64,000 bases of DNA from an uncultured delta proteobacterium (GTDB lineage: Bacteria; Myxococcota_A; Polyangia; Polyangiales; B10-G4), in contig CAVSGI010000012.1 of assembly GCA_963727445.1 (NCBI GenBank), forward strand, positions 1 to 64,000, in the 5' to 3' direction. Positions 41,076 through 51,819 of this stretch are shown piece after piece. The first letter of the stretch is position 1; every line of letters begins with the position of its first letter. The notes under the pieces were generated by a model. That model did no database searches, was not told the origin of the DNA, and saw only the letters and a list, made by a program, of their open reading frames with translations. The position numbers and the translations under genes are program-made.

Positions 41076-41504
41076 ATGTCCCGTGGACTGATGATGGTGG
41101 TGCTCCTGGCTGCGCTCGGCGCGACCCCTGGCTGCGGCCCCGACGGCGAATGCCTCCCCGAGCTACCGCGCGACTGCAGCCCGCTCTACGATCCGACCTA
41201 CGACGAGCTCTTCAGCCGGCGGCTGGTGATGACCTGCGGTGCGTCGAGCACGGGGCGGAGCTGTCATGCGAGCACCGGCGCCCAGGCAGGCCTGGTCTTC
41301 GAGGATCCCGACGTCAGCTACGACCTGCTTCTCGGCACGGGAGGCGGCCGCGCGCGTGTGATGGCCGGAAATCCGGAGTGCAGCCTCCTGATGCAGCGCC
41401 TCGAGTCCACCGACCCGGCCTATGGGATGCCTCCGGGGAGTCGACTGAGCGACGCCGAGCTGTGTAGCTTCACCTTGTGGATTGCGAACGGAGCCGAGCG
41501 ATGA
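41076..41504 (+). CDS. Cytochrome-c-like lipoprotein with extended heme motif
   Basis: CGASSTGRSCH, GNPECSLL, MPPG, WIANGA. Confidence 0.7.
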   Translation: MSRGLMMVVLLAALGATPGCGPDGECLPELPRDCSPLYDPTYDELFSRRLVMTCGASSTGRSCHASTGAQAGLVFEDPDVSYDLLLGTGGGRARVMAGNPECSLLMQRLESTDPAYGMPPGSRLSDAELCSFTLWIANGAER

Positions 41505-42907
41505 GATTCGAATCGTGGTTTGCCGCGGCGGGGCTGCTCATCCTCGCGACCAGCTGCGGCGGCGACGAAAAGCCGAGCCTCACCCGAGATCAGCTCCTCG
41601 ATCCCGAGACCTGCATGGACTGTCACCCGAACCACTACCGCGAGTGGCAGAGCAGCATGCACGCGTACGCCAGTGAGGATCCGGTCTTCATCGCGATGAA
41701 CGCGCGCGGGCAACGCGAAACCGGTGGTGATCTCGGTGACTTCTGCGTGAAGTGTCACGCGCCCATGGCGGTCCGCGAAGGGTTCACCACCGATGGCCTC
41801 AATCTCGCCGACGCGCCGGCGCCGCTCCGCGGCGTCACCTGCTTCTTCTGCCACAGCGTCGAGTCGGTGGAGGGCACGCACGACAACCCCCTCACCCTCG
41901 CGACGGACAACGTCTTGCGCGGTGGGATCGAAAATCCCGTGGACAACGGAGGCCACCTCGCGGCGTACTCCGCGCTCCACGACGGCGACACGCTCGAGTC
42001 GGCATCGCTCTGCGGCAGCTGCCACGACATCGTCAACTCAGCGGGCGTCCATCTCGAGCGCACCTACGCCGAGTGGCAGGAGAGCCTCTTCGCCACCGAC
42101 GACCCGGTCCGGCGGCAGACGTGCAACCAGTGCCACATGCACGGCCGCGACGCGCCGGCCGCCGACGATCCCGACGCCCGGGTTCCGGTTCGGCGCGTGC
42201 ACGAGCACCTCATGCCGGGCATCGACGTCGCGACCACCCCGCACCCGAATGTCGAGGCGCAGTCGCTCGCCATCCAGTGCGAGCTGCAGCCGACCATCCT
42301 CGCGACTCTCTGCGTGACGCCCCGCTACGAGTTCGAGCTCACCCTCGAGACGATCAACGTCGGCCATTCCTGGCCCAGCGGCGCCGCGCAGGACCGCCGC
42401 GCATGGGTCGAGTTCGTCGCCTACGAGGGGGAGACGGTGCTGTGGACCAGCGGACAGGTCGCCGACGACGAGGCGGTCGCCGAGAGCACCGACGTCAATC
42501 TCTGGCTCTTCCGCGACACCCTCTTGAACGGCGCCGGGGACGAGGTGCACATGTTCTGGGAAGCCGAGGACGTGGAGAGCAATCTGCTCCCCGTCGCTTC
42601 CTCTCCGACCTCTGCCCACACGGTGAACCGCACCTACTCCTTCGGCGGAGGCATTCCGGACCGCGCGACCGTGCAGGTGCATATCCGGCCCCTGGGCCGC
42701 GAGGTTCTCGATTCGCTCGTCGACAGCGGTGACCTCGACCCCGCGATCCGCGATGCGATGCCGACCTTCACGCTGGAGGGCGCCTCCCTCGAATGGACGA
42801 CGGACGACGGCTTCGATTGCGTCACGCGATCGACGGGCGAATTCCTCACCTGCCCCCGCGACTATCAGTGCTCGCTCGATCCGAGCGGCCCGGACTGCGG
42901 CGGCTGA
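41501..42907 (+). CDS. Multiheme c-type cytochrome lipoprotein (5 CxxCH)
   Basis: CMDCH, CVKCH, CFFCH, CGSCH, CNQCH; lipobox LATSC. Confidence 0.9.
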   Translation: MRFESWFAAAGLLILATSCGGDEKPSLTRDQLLDPETCMDCHPNHYREWQSSMHAYASEDPVFIAMNARGQRETGGDLGDFCVKCHAPMAVREGFTTDGLNLADAPAPLRGVTCFFCHSVESVEGTHDNPLTLATDNVLRGGIENPVDNGGHLAAYSALHDGDTLESASLCGSCHDIVNSAGVHLERTYAEWQESLFATDDPVRRQTCNQCHMHGRDAPAADDPDARVPVRRVHEHLMPGIDVATTPHPNVEAQSLAIQCELQPTILATLCVTPRYEFELTLETINVGHSWPSGAAQDRRAWVEFVAYEGETVLWTSGQVADDEAVAESTDVNLWLFRDTLLNGAGDEVHMFWEAEDVESNLLPVASSPTSAHTVNRTYSFGGGIPDRATVQVHIRPLGREVLDSLVDSGDLDPAIRDAMPTFTLEGASLEWTTDDGFDCVTRSTGEFLTCPRDYQCSLDPSGPDCGG

Positions 42908-43131
42908 CAGAGTGCTGCCGACCTCGCGCGCCGCGAGCGGCTGGGGCTCGGGCGCGCGAGTCCCAGAGTCATCGCCGCGTTGGCGTAGTTCTCGTGGCGC
43001 TGCTCGTCGGATGCAGCAGCTCCCACGGCCGCGGTGGCGGCAGCGGCGATGCCGACGCGGATAGCGTGAGCAAACGACTCGAGGCCGTGGGCGCGACTTC
43101 CCGAGGCCCGAAACCGGACATCTCTACTTGT

Positions 43132-43950
43132 TCAATCCCCAGCAGGCGCGAGGAAACGCGCCAGAATCGTTCGCTTTCCGTCCTCGAACTCCACGGTGAG
43201 CTTGGCGGTGTCGCCCGACCCCTCACGCGCCACCACGACACCCACCCCGAACTTCGCATGCCGGACGCGGAGCGGCGCGTCGGGATCGAGGCGTCCCTCG
43301 AGCGGGGCGGTCATGGCGGGAGTCTCGTCCTCCCAGCAGAGCGTGAAAGGCGGTCGGTCGGCGGGGCCCAGGAGCTCGACCTCGTCCGGTCGATCCCCCT
43401 CGAGCATCGTGTGGATCTGGGTCTGCAAGAATTCGGAGACGTCCGCGCGAACCACGCGGCGCGCCGGGTCCTTCGCCGTCTGCAAGTAGGTGATCAAATC
43501 GGCGCCTTCGCTCTTCGGGTCGAACCCGTAGACGAAGCTGGACATGTCGCCCCTCCGATACTCCTCGCCGCGGTCCGTGTACACGTTGGAACCTGGAAAG
43601 AGCGTCGACGCCCCGGCAAAGAAGATCACGTCGGCGGGAGCGCCGCCAGCGTGGGCGGCGGCATCGACCCCGCATATGTATTCGCCCAAGGCCGCGGCTT
43701 CCATGTTGGACAACAACCCGATATGGACCCGGCAGGCCCAGAGCCCCGCCACCCAATCGGGGATCGGCTGACCGAGCCGCTCGCTCGCCGAGGCAAACTG
43801 ACGGCGCGGAACAGGACGCGGCGGCACGGGAACCGCCACGATCTTGCGGGTGCTGCCCTTCGCGTACGCCGTCCGGGAGAATGGAAAGAGCCAGTAGAGC
43901 TTCTCCAACGTCGCGGCGGCTTCGGCGGGCAGTGTCAGTGAGTCGGCCAC
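43132..43950 (-). CDS. Hypothetical protein with C-terminal UvrD/PcrA-type Tudor-like domain; start uncertain
   Basis: VRHAKFGVGVV…KLTVEFEDGKRTILARFL. Confidence 0.65.
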   Translation of the reverse strand: MADSLTLPAEAAATLEKLYWLFPFSRTAYAKGSTRKIVAVPVPPRPVPRRQFASASERLGQPIPDWVAGLWACRVHIGLLSNMEAAALGEYICGVDAAAHAGGAPADVIFFAGASTLFPGSNVYTDRGEEYRRGDMSSFVYGFDPKSEGADLITYLQTAKDPARRVVRADVSEFLQTQIHTMLEGDRPDEVELLGPADRPPFTLCWEDETPAMTAPLEGRLDPDAPLRVRHAKFGVGVVVAREGSGDTAKLTVEFEDGKRTILARFLAPAGD

Positions 43951-44417
43951 GGCAGCTCTCCTACGCCCGGCGCCGCGCAAGCCTTCCTGGCGCGTTTGGA
44001 ATCGAGTGAGCTTCATACCAGCACGCAACCGGCTCCGAGACCTTCGAGGACGCGACCAAGACGCCGAGCGCCTTCGTCCTCGGCATCACCGTGGGCCTGG
44101 CGATCGCGAGCCTCGTGATCCTGGCGGCGGTGCTCGTCTGGTGGATCTCGGGCTGAGCGGATCGGCGTGGCGTCCGCGCCGGCGGGAAAAAGAAGGGTCC
44201 GATGTCACACCTTCGCCCGAGCGAGCGTGACCCGGGTGAGCCCCACGACACAGGAGCCCACCATGTCTCTACCGCCGAGCCTCACCACCCTCATGGAACG
44301 AATCGCCCGCTGGCACACGCTCCGCCGCCGAATGCTGCGCCGCCTTCGGGCGATCCCGCCCCGGGCGGTTGACAGCCGCGAGATCGGACTGACTGTGCCG
44401 GCCATCGGCTTCGAGAG

Positions 44418-44951
44418 ATGAGCTCGAGACTGTCCAACTTCGCGATCGTCGGCGCGATCGCTGCGTCGGCGTTGGTCGGAGCGGCGCCGGCGAGCGCCGA
44501 CGTGACGCACGGCGACCTGCTCGTTGCCGCGGCCGAGCGCGCGCGGAAGAGCGCAGGCCACGAATGCATGGGGGACGAGGCCGATGCGATCTCCGAGCTC
44601 GCCGTGCGCTGGCTCTCCTCGCGCGACGACGAGCGCATCTGGGATCGCCCGGCGCACGCCGGCACCGTCAGCAGGGCCTTGCGGAACGAGCGCCGCACCT
44701 CGTATCGGCGTGAGCAGCGTCAGATTCGCAACCGCGACGCCCTCCCCTTCCCGACGGTGGCGGAGCCTGCACAAGACGCGCGCGTCGCGCTAGGCGACAT
44801 CGCCGAGCGCTCGAGCCACGCCGATGCCGAGCTCCTCGCCCGCGCGGCGAAGGGCGAAACCGCGACCGAGCTCGCCGACCGCATGGGCTCGTCCCCGGTC
44901 GCGATTCGCCAGCGCCTCTCACGCCTGAGGAGGTCGCTCCGCGAAGGCTAG
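44418..44951 (+). CDS. ECF-sigma-like HTH protein with signal-peptide-like N-terminus
   Basis: C-terminal GETATELADRMGSSPVAIRQRLSRLRRSL resembles sigma region 4. Confidence 0.6.
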   Translation: MSSRLSNFAIVGAIAASALVGAAPASADVTHGDLLVAAAERARKSAGHECMGDEADAISELAVRWLSSRDDERIWDRPAHAGTVSRALRNERRTSYRREQRQIRNRDALPFPTVAEPAQDARVALGDIAERSSHADAELLARAAKGETATELADRMGSSPVAIRQRLSRLRRSLREG

Positions 44952-45019
44952 TGGCAGAGGGCCGGTTCTCGCTCTGTCGACCGTGAGGGTTTGATATCGT
45001 TGGGACACGGGGAGGGACG

Positions 45020-45703
45020 ATGGAACGCAATTTGGTGACGATACTCGGCACTGGGCTCGTGTGGGCTGCTCTTTCCAATGTCGGCCATGCACAGTCATGC
45101 CCGGCGGGGACCGTGTGGGATCCGCAGTACCACTCCTGTACGCAGACCACCCAACAGCAACCGGTGCAGCAGCAACCGGCACAACCGCAGCCATACCAGC
45201 AACAGCAACCGGCGCAGCAGCAGCCATACCAGCAACAGCAGGCGGTGCAGCCGCAGCCTTATCAGCAGCAGCAGCCGTACCAGCAGCAGGGTGTCATGCC
45301 CGTCGGATCACAGCAGACGAGAACACGACGCAGGATCGGTCTTCTGATCGGCGGTGTCATCATGTTCGCCGTGTTCTACGGCCTGACGGTCAGCCTCGAG
45401 GCGGCCCTCGACTCCGACAACAACGACACCTATCTCTACATCCCGCTCGTCGGCCCGTGGGTCGAGCTCGGCGCCGGCGGGGACGCGGGAGACTGGCTGC
45501 CGCTGATCATCCCGAGCGGCGTGATCCAGCTCGCCGGAGTGGTGTTGATGATCCTGGGCATCACGCTGAAGAAACAAGTCATCGTGTACGGCAACAACGG
45601 GCCCGCCGGCGTCCGCCTCGCCGATGGCTGGACGCTTTCCCCCACCGTCGCCCCCTCTCAGAACGGCGGCGTCATCGGCGCGCTGCTCAGCTCGGAGTTC
45701 TGA
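45020..45703 (+). CDS. Gln/Pro-rich secreted membrane protein
   Basis: Signal peptide, QQPYQQ repeats, LYIPLVGPW, TM helices. Confidence 0.8.
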   Translation: MERNLVTILGTGLVWAALSNVGHAQSCPAGTVWDPQYHSCTQTTQQQPVQQQPAQPQPYQQQQPAQQQPYQQQQAVQPQPYQQQQPYQQQGVMPVGSQQTRTRRRIGLLIGGVIMFAVFYGLTVSLEAALDSDNNDTYLYIPLVGPWVELGAGGDAGDWLPLIIPSGVIQLAGVVLMILGITLKKQVIVYGNNGPAGVRLADGWTLSPTVAPSQNGGVIGALLSSEF

Positions 45704-46040
45704 GACCTTCCGATCTCCGCCTCCGGCGAATCGCGATGAGCACCAGGAGCGCCGGGAGGAGTTTGCCACCGGTCCCCCTCCGGGCCACCTCACACTCGCA
45801 GCCGCCGCCACCCCTGAAGCTGGTCGTGGGGCTGCCGCCACCACCGGCGCTACCGTCGTCGCCCCAGTCTGAGCAAGTTCGGCAAGTTCGGTCCGTCACC
45901 TCAGCGGCCGAGCGGACGGAGCGCCTCGAGGAGGCGCTCGCCAGTCTGCGTTCGGCCTGATTCCGGGCCGATGCGCGCTGCGGATCTCGAGGAGCACGGT
46001 GCCCTGGTCGCGGATCGCGTTGGATGTTATGGCCGGCTCC

Positions 46041-46538
46041 ATGAATACGACGAAGTACGTGCTGTCCACGCTCTCCTTTGCCGCCATGCTCGGCGCATGC
46101 AGCGATGACGGGGGCTCCGATGATGGAGGCGGATCCGATGCGGTCGCGGATGCCACCGGGTGCTCCTCGTGCATCAGTGGCGGCTGTGATTGTTCGGCAG
46201 CGGGCCGCTGCTGTCGCCAATGCTCGGACATCGGCTGCGTGATGCGGTGTACCGAAGCCGCCGAATGCGAATACCTCTGCGAAGCCGCGGGGTGCGCCAT
46301 CTTCTGCTCCAGCTCGGAACGATGTGTCGTCGATGTTCAGGACGGCAGCTCGGTCGCCTGTGATGGCCCTGGCGGCTGCGACGTGACCTGCCACGGCAAC
46401 TGCGCCGTACGCTGCATCGACGACGTTCCATGCATCATCCGATGCGATCCCGCAGCAACGACGTGTGACGTGGATCCCTGCGCTGCTCCCTCGACCTGCG
46501 CCGATGGAACGCGCGTCTGCAACACGTCGTGCCCGTGA
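46041..46538 (+). CDS. Cys-rich lipoprotein
   Basis: AMLGAC; more than 25 Cys in CxxxC repeats. Confidence 0.8.
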   Translation: MNTTKYVLSTLSFAAMLGACSDDGGSDDGGGSDAVADATGCSSCISGGCDCSAAGRCCRQCSDIGCVMRCTEAAECEYLCEAAGCAIFCSSSERCVVDVQDGSSVACDGPGGCDVTCHGNCAVRCIDDVPCIIRCDPAATTCDVDPCAAPSTCADGTRVCNTSCP

Positions 46539-47454
46539 CGCGTCACCCATAGCTGACGGCCGATCGACCGCTGATTCGGTCCCGAGCGAGCGGGACCTTC
46601 GGGGAGGCTCGCGAGCACGGACCAGCAGATCGTCGAAACGAACCACGCGTTCGAGGTCGTTCCGATCGACCCCGCGTCGGCGTCTTGCGCCGCGCGGAAC
46701 TGAGTCATCGATCCAGTTCGCCAGCCGTGGCCGGAAGGGGCGCTTCGAGCCACGTGCCGATGGCGGCCGCGCACTCCTGGCGGATCGTCGCCACGTCGAC
46801 GCTCCACGAGCGCGAGCAGCGAAAGCCTGACGGGCCGCTCCGCGTCGACGCCCTCGGACGCCTCGAGGTCCAACTGCCGGTGGTCTTTCGCCCACTCGTG
46901 CTCCCTCGTGACGAGCCCGTCGGTGAAGAGCGCGAACGCGTCCTCGAGCGTGCGCCCCTCGACGGCACCGCGCGCCCCTCGACGGCACCGCGCGCCGCTC
47001 GGACCTCCTCGGCAAGCTCGTCCGCAATCTCGACCACGTGGACCTCCGCACTCGGTGGTCAGAAGGCTCACAGGGGGGCACATGACGCACGAACGGCGCT
47101 CGGAAGCTCCCTTTGAGCTCGCGACCGGCTGGTACCGGAGGCCCGGCCGGGCTCCCGATTCCCCATCGCTCGAACTATTGCGGAGCGCGACGCGCGTGAT
47201 GGGCGTGAACGAGGCGGCGGTGAGCGGACTGGAGGAGTCGGAGCTGGTGTGCCAGGCGAGCTATCCAGATTGTGGCTGCCCGGTGGGGCCCAGCGTCGCT
47301 GATGACGGCACCTCCAGCGACGCAGGCACCCCCGCCTCGGTGAGCTGCTCTGGCGGTGTCTGCACGACGACTTTCGCAACGGAATGAAGCCGATCGAGCG
47401 CGGAACGTGTACCCGATCTCTGCGTACAGAACGGCGTCACCTCCGGCACGGGGA

Positions 47455-47505
47455 GTGGATAGATGGGATGTAAGCGGCTGGCCGCCACTGACGTGGTAGC
47501 CGTAG
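47455..47505 (+). mobile_element. Orphan IS110 left end plus repeat tail
   Basis: 51 bp equal to the reverse complement of 33571..33621. Confidence 0.9.
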
Positions 47506-47628
47506 TTGATAGATGGCGTGAACGGCCTTCCGCCATCCTCCCGCGAGCCAGGGGCTACATCATCGCTCCTACCGCGAAACTCGGACGTCCGGTGAAGGGG
47601 GTTGGCTTCCGTGGAGGCTGGAAACCTG
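47505..47628 (-). repeat. 123-bp repeat family, variant C (copy 11)
   Basis: Conserved left half; tail GGCCGTTCACGCCATCTATCAAC. Confidence 0.9.
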
Positions 47629-47657
47629 AGCCTCCGGTGCGCGTCCGTCAGCTGGGC

Positions 47658-48686
47658 CTACTCTTCCGCCACGGGCAGGCGAAGCTCGGAGACCTCGCCA
47701 GCGTCGTGGTCCTCGCAGATGACCACGACGCCTTCGGACCAGGCGCACGTCGTCCCGTTGTTGAGGTCCACGGCGATGCCCCTGGCGGGGGCCAGAGCGG
47801 AGATCTCGCGTAGCTCCAGCGACTCGTCGAGGCACCGAACTCCTCCCGCCTCTTCCAGTCCACAGGCACGAACCTCACCTCCCACGAAGACACTCCCCTC
47901 GCCGAAACCATCAACGACACGTGGCTCGATTGGGTCGTACGCGATGTCCCCCTGCCAACAAACGAGCTCGCTACCCGCACGAGTCACGCAGCCGAAGCTC
48001 AGCCCGAGCGCCACGAGATCGACTACATCCGTGAAGTAGCGCGTGACGGCCGAATCTTCTCGACCGTCCCAGATCCCACCGCAATGAACTTCCAGGTCGC
48101 GGGTGTGCGCGCAGTAAGTCTCCTCACTCACGAAATGCGACCTGGTGCCGGTGAGCCTGACGTCGATGACGTCGAGGTCGCGAAAAGCCTCCGGCTGTTC
48201 CGGCGTGGTGACCTCGAGAGTGTCCCAGCAGCGCAGCGTGCCATCGCGTTGCCACGCGCAGATCCCGGCTCCTACCGCCCTCATTCCCACCACGTCTCCA
48301 AGACCTGGAATCGGTTCTGGGGAGAAGACCGTTCGCCCCAGGCTCCCGAGATTGCCCAGACACTGCACCTCACCGTGCGCGTCCAACGCGCACGTGCGGG
48401 TCCCGGTTGCGACCATTTCCACCACACCTTCGAGCCCGGACACCGGCACGGGCTCGGGCCTACGGGTCAGTGTCCCGTCTCCGAGCTGCCCGCTCGTGTT
48501 GTCGCCCCAGCAGTACGCACGGCCATCTTCGGTCCACGCGCAGCGGTGCCGCGGCCCGATCGTCACTCCGGCGATTTGGGTCGACTCGGAGGACGCGTCG
48601 GACCTCGGATGACTCTCGCTGCACGCGCACGAGAACGCGAGTGCGAAGATGACGACGACTCGGCCCGAAGCAACCACGAAAACCAT
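47658..48686 (-). CDS. RCC1-repeat lipoprotein
   Basis: HRCAWTEDGRAYCWGDNTSGQLGDG repeats; FSCAC. Confidence 0.85.
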   Translation of the reverse strand: MVFVVASGRVVVIFALAFSCACSESHPRSDASSESTQIAGVTIGPRHRCAWTEDGRAYCWGDNTSGQLGDGTLTRRPEPVPVSGLEGVVEMVATGTRTCALDAHGEVQCLGNLGSLGRTVFSPEPIPGLGDVVGMRAVGAGICAWQRDGTLRCWDTLEVTTPEQPEAFRDLDVIDVRLTGTRSHFVSEETYCAHTRDLEVHCGGIWDGREDSAVTRYFTDVVDLVALGLSFGCVTRAGSELVCWQGDIAYDPIEPRVVDGFGEGSVFVGGEVRACGLEEAGGVRCLDESLELREISALAPARGIAVDLNNGTTCAWSEGVVVICEDHDAGEVSELRLPVAEE

Positions 48687-48704
48687 GCTACCACTGGCGA
48701 AACC

Positions 48705-50393
48705 ATGCGCTCGTTCACCTCTCTCCTCTGCCTGTTGCTCATCGCTGCCTGTGGAGATGACAGCTCGCCAGCGGATACGTCCGCCGATGACGGCGGCGTC
48801 GATGCACCTGACGACGGCGCCGCGGACGGCAGCCCCGACGCCTACGTCGGCTGCGCTCCGGACGCCGCAGCGGATGCAGGGCCGCCGCCCGAGATCGAGG
48901 TGACCTACGCGGACGGCACGATCGTCGGTCGGACAATCGAGCGGCGGGTGCACACCTTCCTCGGGCTCCCCTACGCCGCCCCGCCGGTCGGCGACCTGCG
49001 GTGGCAGTCGCCGCAGCCCGTGACGCCGTGGACGAGCCCGCGGGACGCGAGCGAGCTGAGCGCCGAGTGCTCGCAGTCCAACCCGCTCACGGGCTCCGTC
49101 CTGGAAGGAGAGGAGGACTGCCTCTACCTGAACGTCTTCACGCCGGACGTCGCGCCGGCTGAACCCATGCCGGTGATGGTCTGGTTCCACGGCGGCGCGT
49201 TCATCTTCGGCCAGGGTGGGAAGCGCGCGGGTAGGCTCGCCGCCGTGGCCGACCTCGTCGTGGTCAGCGTCAACTACCGCCTCAACAACCTCGGGTTCCT
49301 GGCACATCCGGCGCTGACCGCGGAAGGCGGCGGAACGAGCGGCAACTACGGCCTCCTCGACCAGCGCGCGGCACTCGAGTGGGTGCGCGACAACATCGAC
49401 GCTTTCGGTTGCGATCCGGAGAGCGTGACCATCGAGGGCGAGAGCGCGGGCGCCGTCTCCATCACGTTCCACGCCGTCTCGCCGGGGAGCGCGGGGCTCT
49501 TCCAGCGGGCGATCGTCGAGAGCGGCCCGCCGGAGGTGTTCTCCTTCCCGACGCTCGCCGAGGCCGAGGCGAAGGGGGACGCCGTCGCCACGCGCCTCGG
49601 CTGCACCGACGACTCCACGGTCCTCGCGTGCATGCGCGCCGCCAGCATCGAGGATCTCGTCGCTCCGGCAGACATCTTCAGTGACCCTGGGGGGCTCTTC
49701 TACCAAACGGAGCTGGGCTTCCCCGTACCCAATATCGATGGGGTCGTGTTGCCCGACGACCCGATGAGCCTCTATCGAGCAGGTTCCTTCGAGGCGGTCC
49801 CGTTCCTCGTCGGGAGCAACGGCGACGAGGGGACACTCTTCCACACGGACCTCTTGTCGACGCCCGTCGCGGACGAAGCCGAGTATCGAGCGGCGTTGGG
49901 CCGCTACTGGCCGGACGCCGTCGACGCTATCGTCGCAGAGTACCCCGTCGCCTCGTTCGCGAACGCGAACGCGGCCCTCACGGCCGTCACCGGCGCCCTC
50001 TTCAACTGCGCGACCCGTCGCTTCGCGCGTGCCGTCAGCGACGCGGGCGCGCCGACCTGGCTCTACGCCTTCGAGGCGGTGCCCGAAGGCGGCGTCGTCG
50101 GCATCTACGACCTCGGCGCCTTCCACTCGGCAGAGCTCCCCTACGTCTTCGACTACGACGGACGCACTCTGGGAAAGCCGTCCTGCGACCAGCGCGACCT
50201 CGTCGAAGCGATGCAGGGCTACTGGTCGAGCTTCATCTCGCGCGGCGATCCGAATGGCGGCGCGCTCCCCACCTGGCCGGCCTATGATACGGCGGGCGAC
50301 CAGCACATGCTCCTCGCGTCGCCGCCGATGGCGGGTAGCGGCTATCTCGAGGCCGAGTGCGACTTCTGGGACACGGTGCTCGACGGCGCCTGA
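48705..50393 (+). CDS. Type-B carboxylesterase lipoprotein
   Basis: FLGLPYAAPPVGDLRW, EDCLYLNV, HGGAF, GESAG, AFHSAEL. Confidence 0.95.
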   Translation: MRSFTSLLCLLLIAACGDDSSPADTSADDGGVDAPDDGAADGSPDAYVGCAPDAAADAGPPPEIEVTYADGTIVGRTIERRVHTFLGLPYAAPPVGDLRWQSPQPVTPWTSPRDASELSAECSQSNPLTGSVLEGEEDCLYLNVFTPDVAPAEPMPVMVWFHGGAFIFGQGGKRAGRLAAVADLVVVSVNYRLNNLGFLAHPALTAEGGGTSGNYGLLDQRAALEWVRDNIDAFGCDPESVTIEGESAGAVSITFHAVSPGSAGLFQRAIVESGPPEVFSFPTLAEAEAKGDAVATRLGCTDDSTVLACMRAASIEDLVAPADIFSDPGGLFYQTELGFPVPNIDGVVLPDDPMSLYRAGSFEAVPFLVGSNGDEGTLFHTDLLSTPVADEAEYRAALGRYWPDAVDAIVAEYPVASFANANAALTAVTGALFNCATRRFARAVSDAGAPTWLYAFEAVPEGGVVGIYDLGAFHSAELPYVFDYDGRTLGKPSCDQRDLVEAMQGYWSSFISRGDPNGGALPTWPAYDTAGDQHMLLASPPMAGSGYLEAECDFWDTVLDGA

Positions 50394-50604
50394 TGCGCGC
50401 TGCGTTCAGACGCAACTACCGACCATGGTCGAGCTGGCGCCGACGCAGGTCTGCCCACTGCGGCAGTCGGCGGTGGTGAGACAGCCGGGGAAACACACCC
50501 TCGTGCCGCTGGTGTCGATACCGGCCGTGCTTGGATCCCAACAGCCGTCGCCCGACCGGCACTGGCTCGCATCGGTGGAGGTCTTGACGCAGAAGGTGGT
50601 GTCA

Positions 50605-50760
50605 GCCCGATGTACCCGAAAATCCGCCCAGGGAGAACAGCCCGACGTACCCGAAAATCCGCCCAGCCGGCGCGCCCAGCCCAGGGAGAACAGCCCGACG
50701 TACCCGAAAATCCGCCCAGCCGGCGCGCTCGGCGGCCGCCGCTGTCGCGCCTCTGAAAGC
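50605..50760. repeat. Tandem REP-like repeats upstream of the RAYT (AGGGAGAACAGCCCGACGTACCCGAAAATCCGCCCAG)
   Basis: Three partial or full copies here and one more at 51692..51798. Confidence 0.85.
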
Positions 50761-51562
50761 CGTCATTTCACGATCGACCGCGGCATCACGTCCGGCGTGT
50801 ACTGGCGCGTCAGAGAGGAGACGCCGGGGGCTGGGGACGGTCACGTCCACTGGCATGCACTGGTCGTCATGCCGTACGTCCATCATGCGATCCTGAGAAT
50901 GCTATGGGCCCGAGCGCTGCCGGCCGAGTATCAGAGTCGCCTGCCGAGGCGTCGCGTCGTGCGTACCGATGGCTACAACGGCGAGGTACGCGCGATCGAG
51001 CGGCTCAGCCACGAGCCCAGCGAGTTCGGCGACCACGAGGATGAGCCAATCGCACTGTATCGCGAGGACATCGAGTCGCCGGTCGTGCGTGAGCATCTAC
51101 ACCGTGCTCTGCGCACGCGCCGGGGTCCGCACGGCCGGCCGCTGACCGACGTGCCCTGGCCCGTCGTCGACATCCGCGGCGCCGCCGACCACCACGGCGG
51201 ACGGCGATCGCGGAGCGACGAGCAGGCGGCCCGAGCTAGGACTGGTGGATCCAGATCTCGCAGCGCGACTTTACGAGGCTGTCGACGGTCAGCGACGCAC
51301 CGCGTGTAGCGCAACGCGACGCGACCACCACCGCATCGTACGCGCCGGATGGTGGGTGGTAGAGCACCTGCGACCCTACGTCCGCGAGTGCCCGGACTGC
51401 GGTCATCGTGGTCCACTGGACGTCGAGATCGAGCGGGCCGAGGTTGCGACGGAGCGTGGGGCCCGAGCGTCGCCGACCATCGGCCACGCCTCCGACGCGT
51501 ATGGTGTCACCGGCCGCCGCATGCCGGCTCACACCTCCGAGGGCCGTCCGGGGTGTCGCTGA
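50761..51562 (+). pseudogene. Fragment of a rolling-circle replication initiator (HUH Rep)-like gene
   Basis: VREET…GHVHWHALV, LW, VVDIR; after a frame change LYEAVDGQRR. Confidence 0.55.
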
Positions 51563-51691
51563 CGCACAGGTATCCGCCCGGACAGACGAGGGTGCGAGTG
51601 CACTGGCAAGGGGGTGGAGGAGCACCGCCGGACCCAGGGTCCGGACAGTAATCGCCCATGTCACAGGCGGCATTGACGCCGCCATGGTCGA

Positions 51692-51798
51692 AGGGAGAAC
51701 AGCCCGACGTACCCGAAAATCCGCCCAGCCGGCGCGCTCGGCGGGTGGCGGCCGGCGGCGGTTCGCCGGCGGCCGCCGCTGTCGCGGCGCTGAAAGCG
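51692..51798. repeat. Second copy of the RAYT-upstream repeat
   Basis: Same motif and the same …GGCCGCCGCTGTCGCG…CTGAAAGC end as at 50760. Confidence 0.85.
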
Positions 51799-51819
51799 CC
51801 CTGATCCCGGACGCGACTC

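Noticed and set aside
47658..50306. 882-aa minus-strand ORF
   Set aside because: Its first ~540 aa are the antisense shadow of the carboxylesterase; only 47658..48686 is credible.
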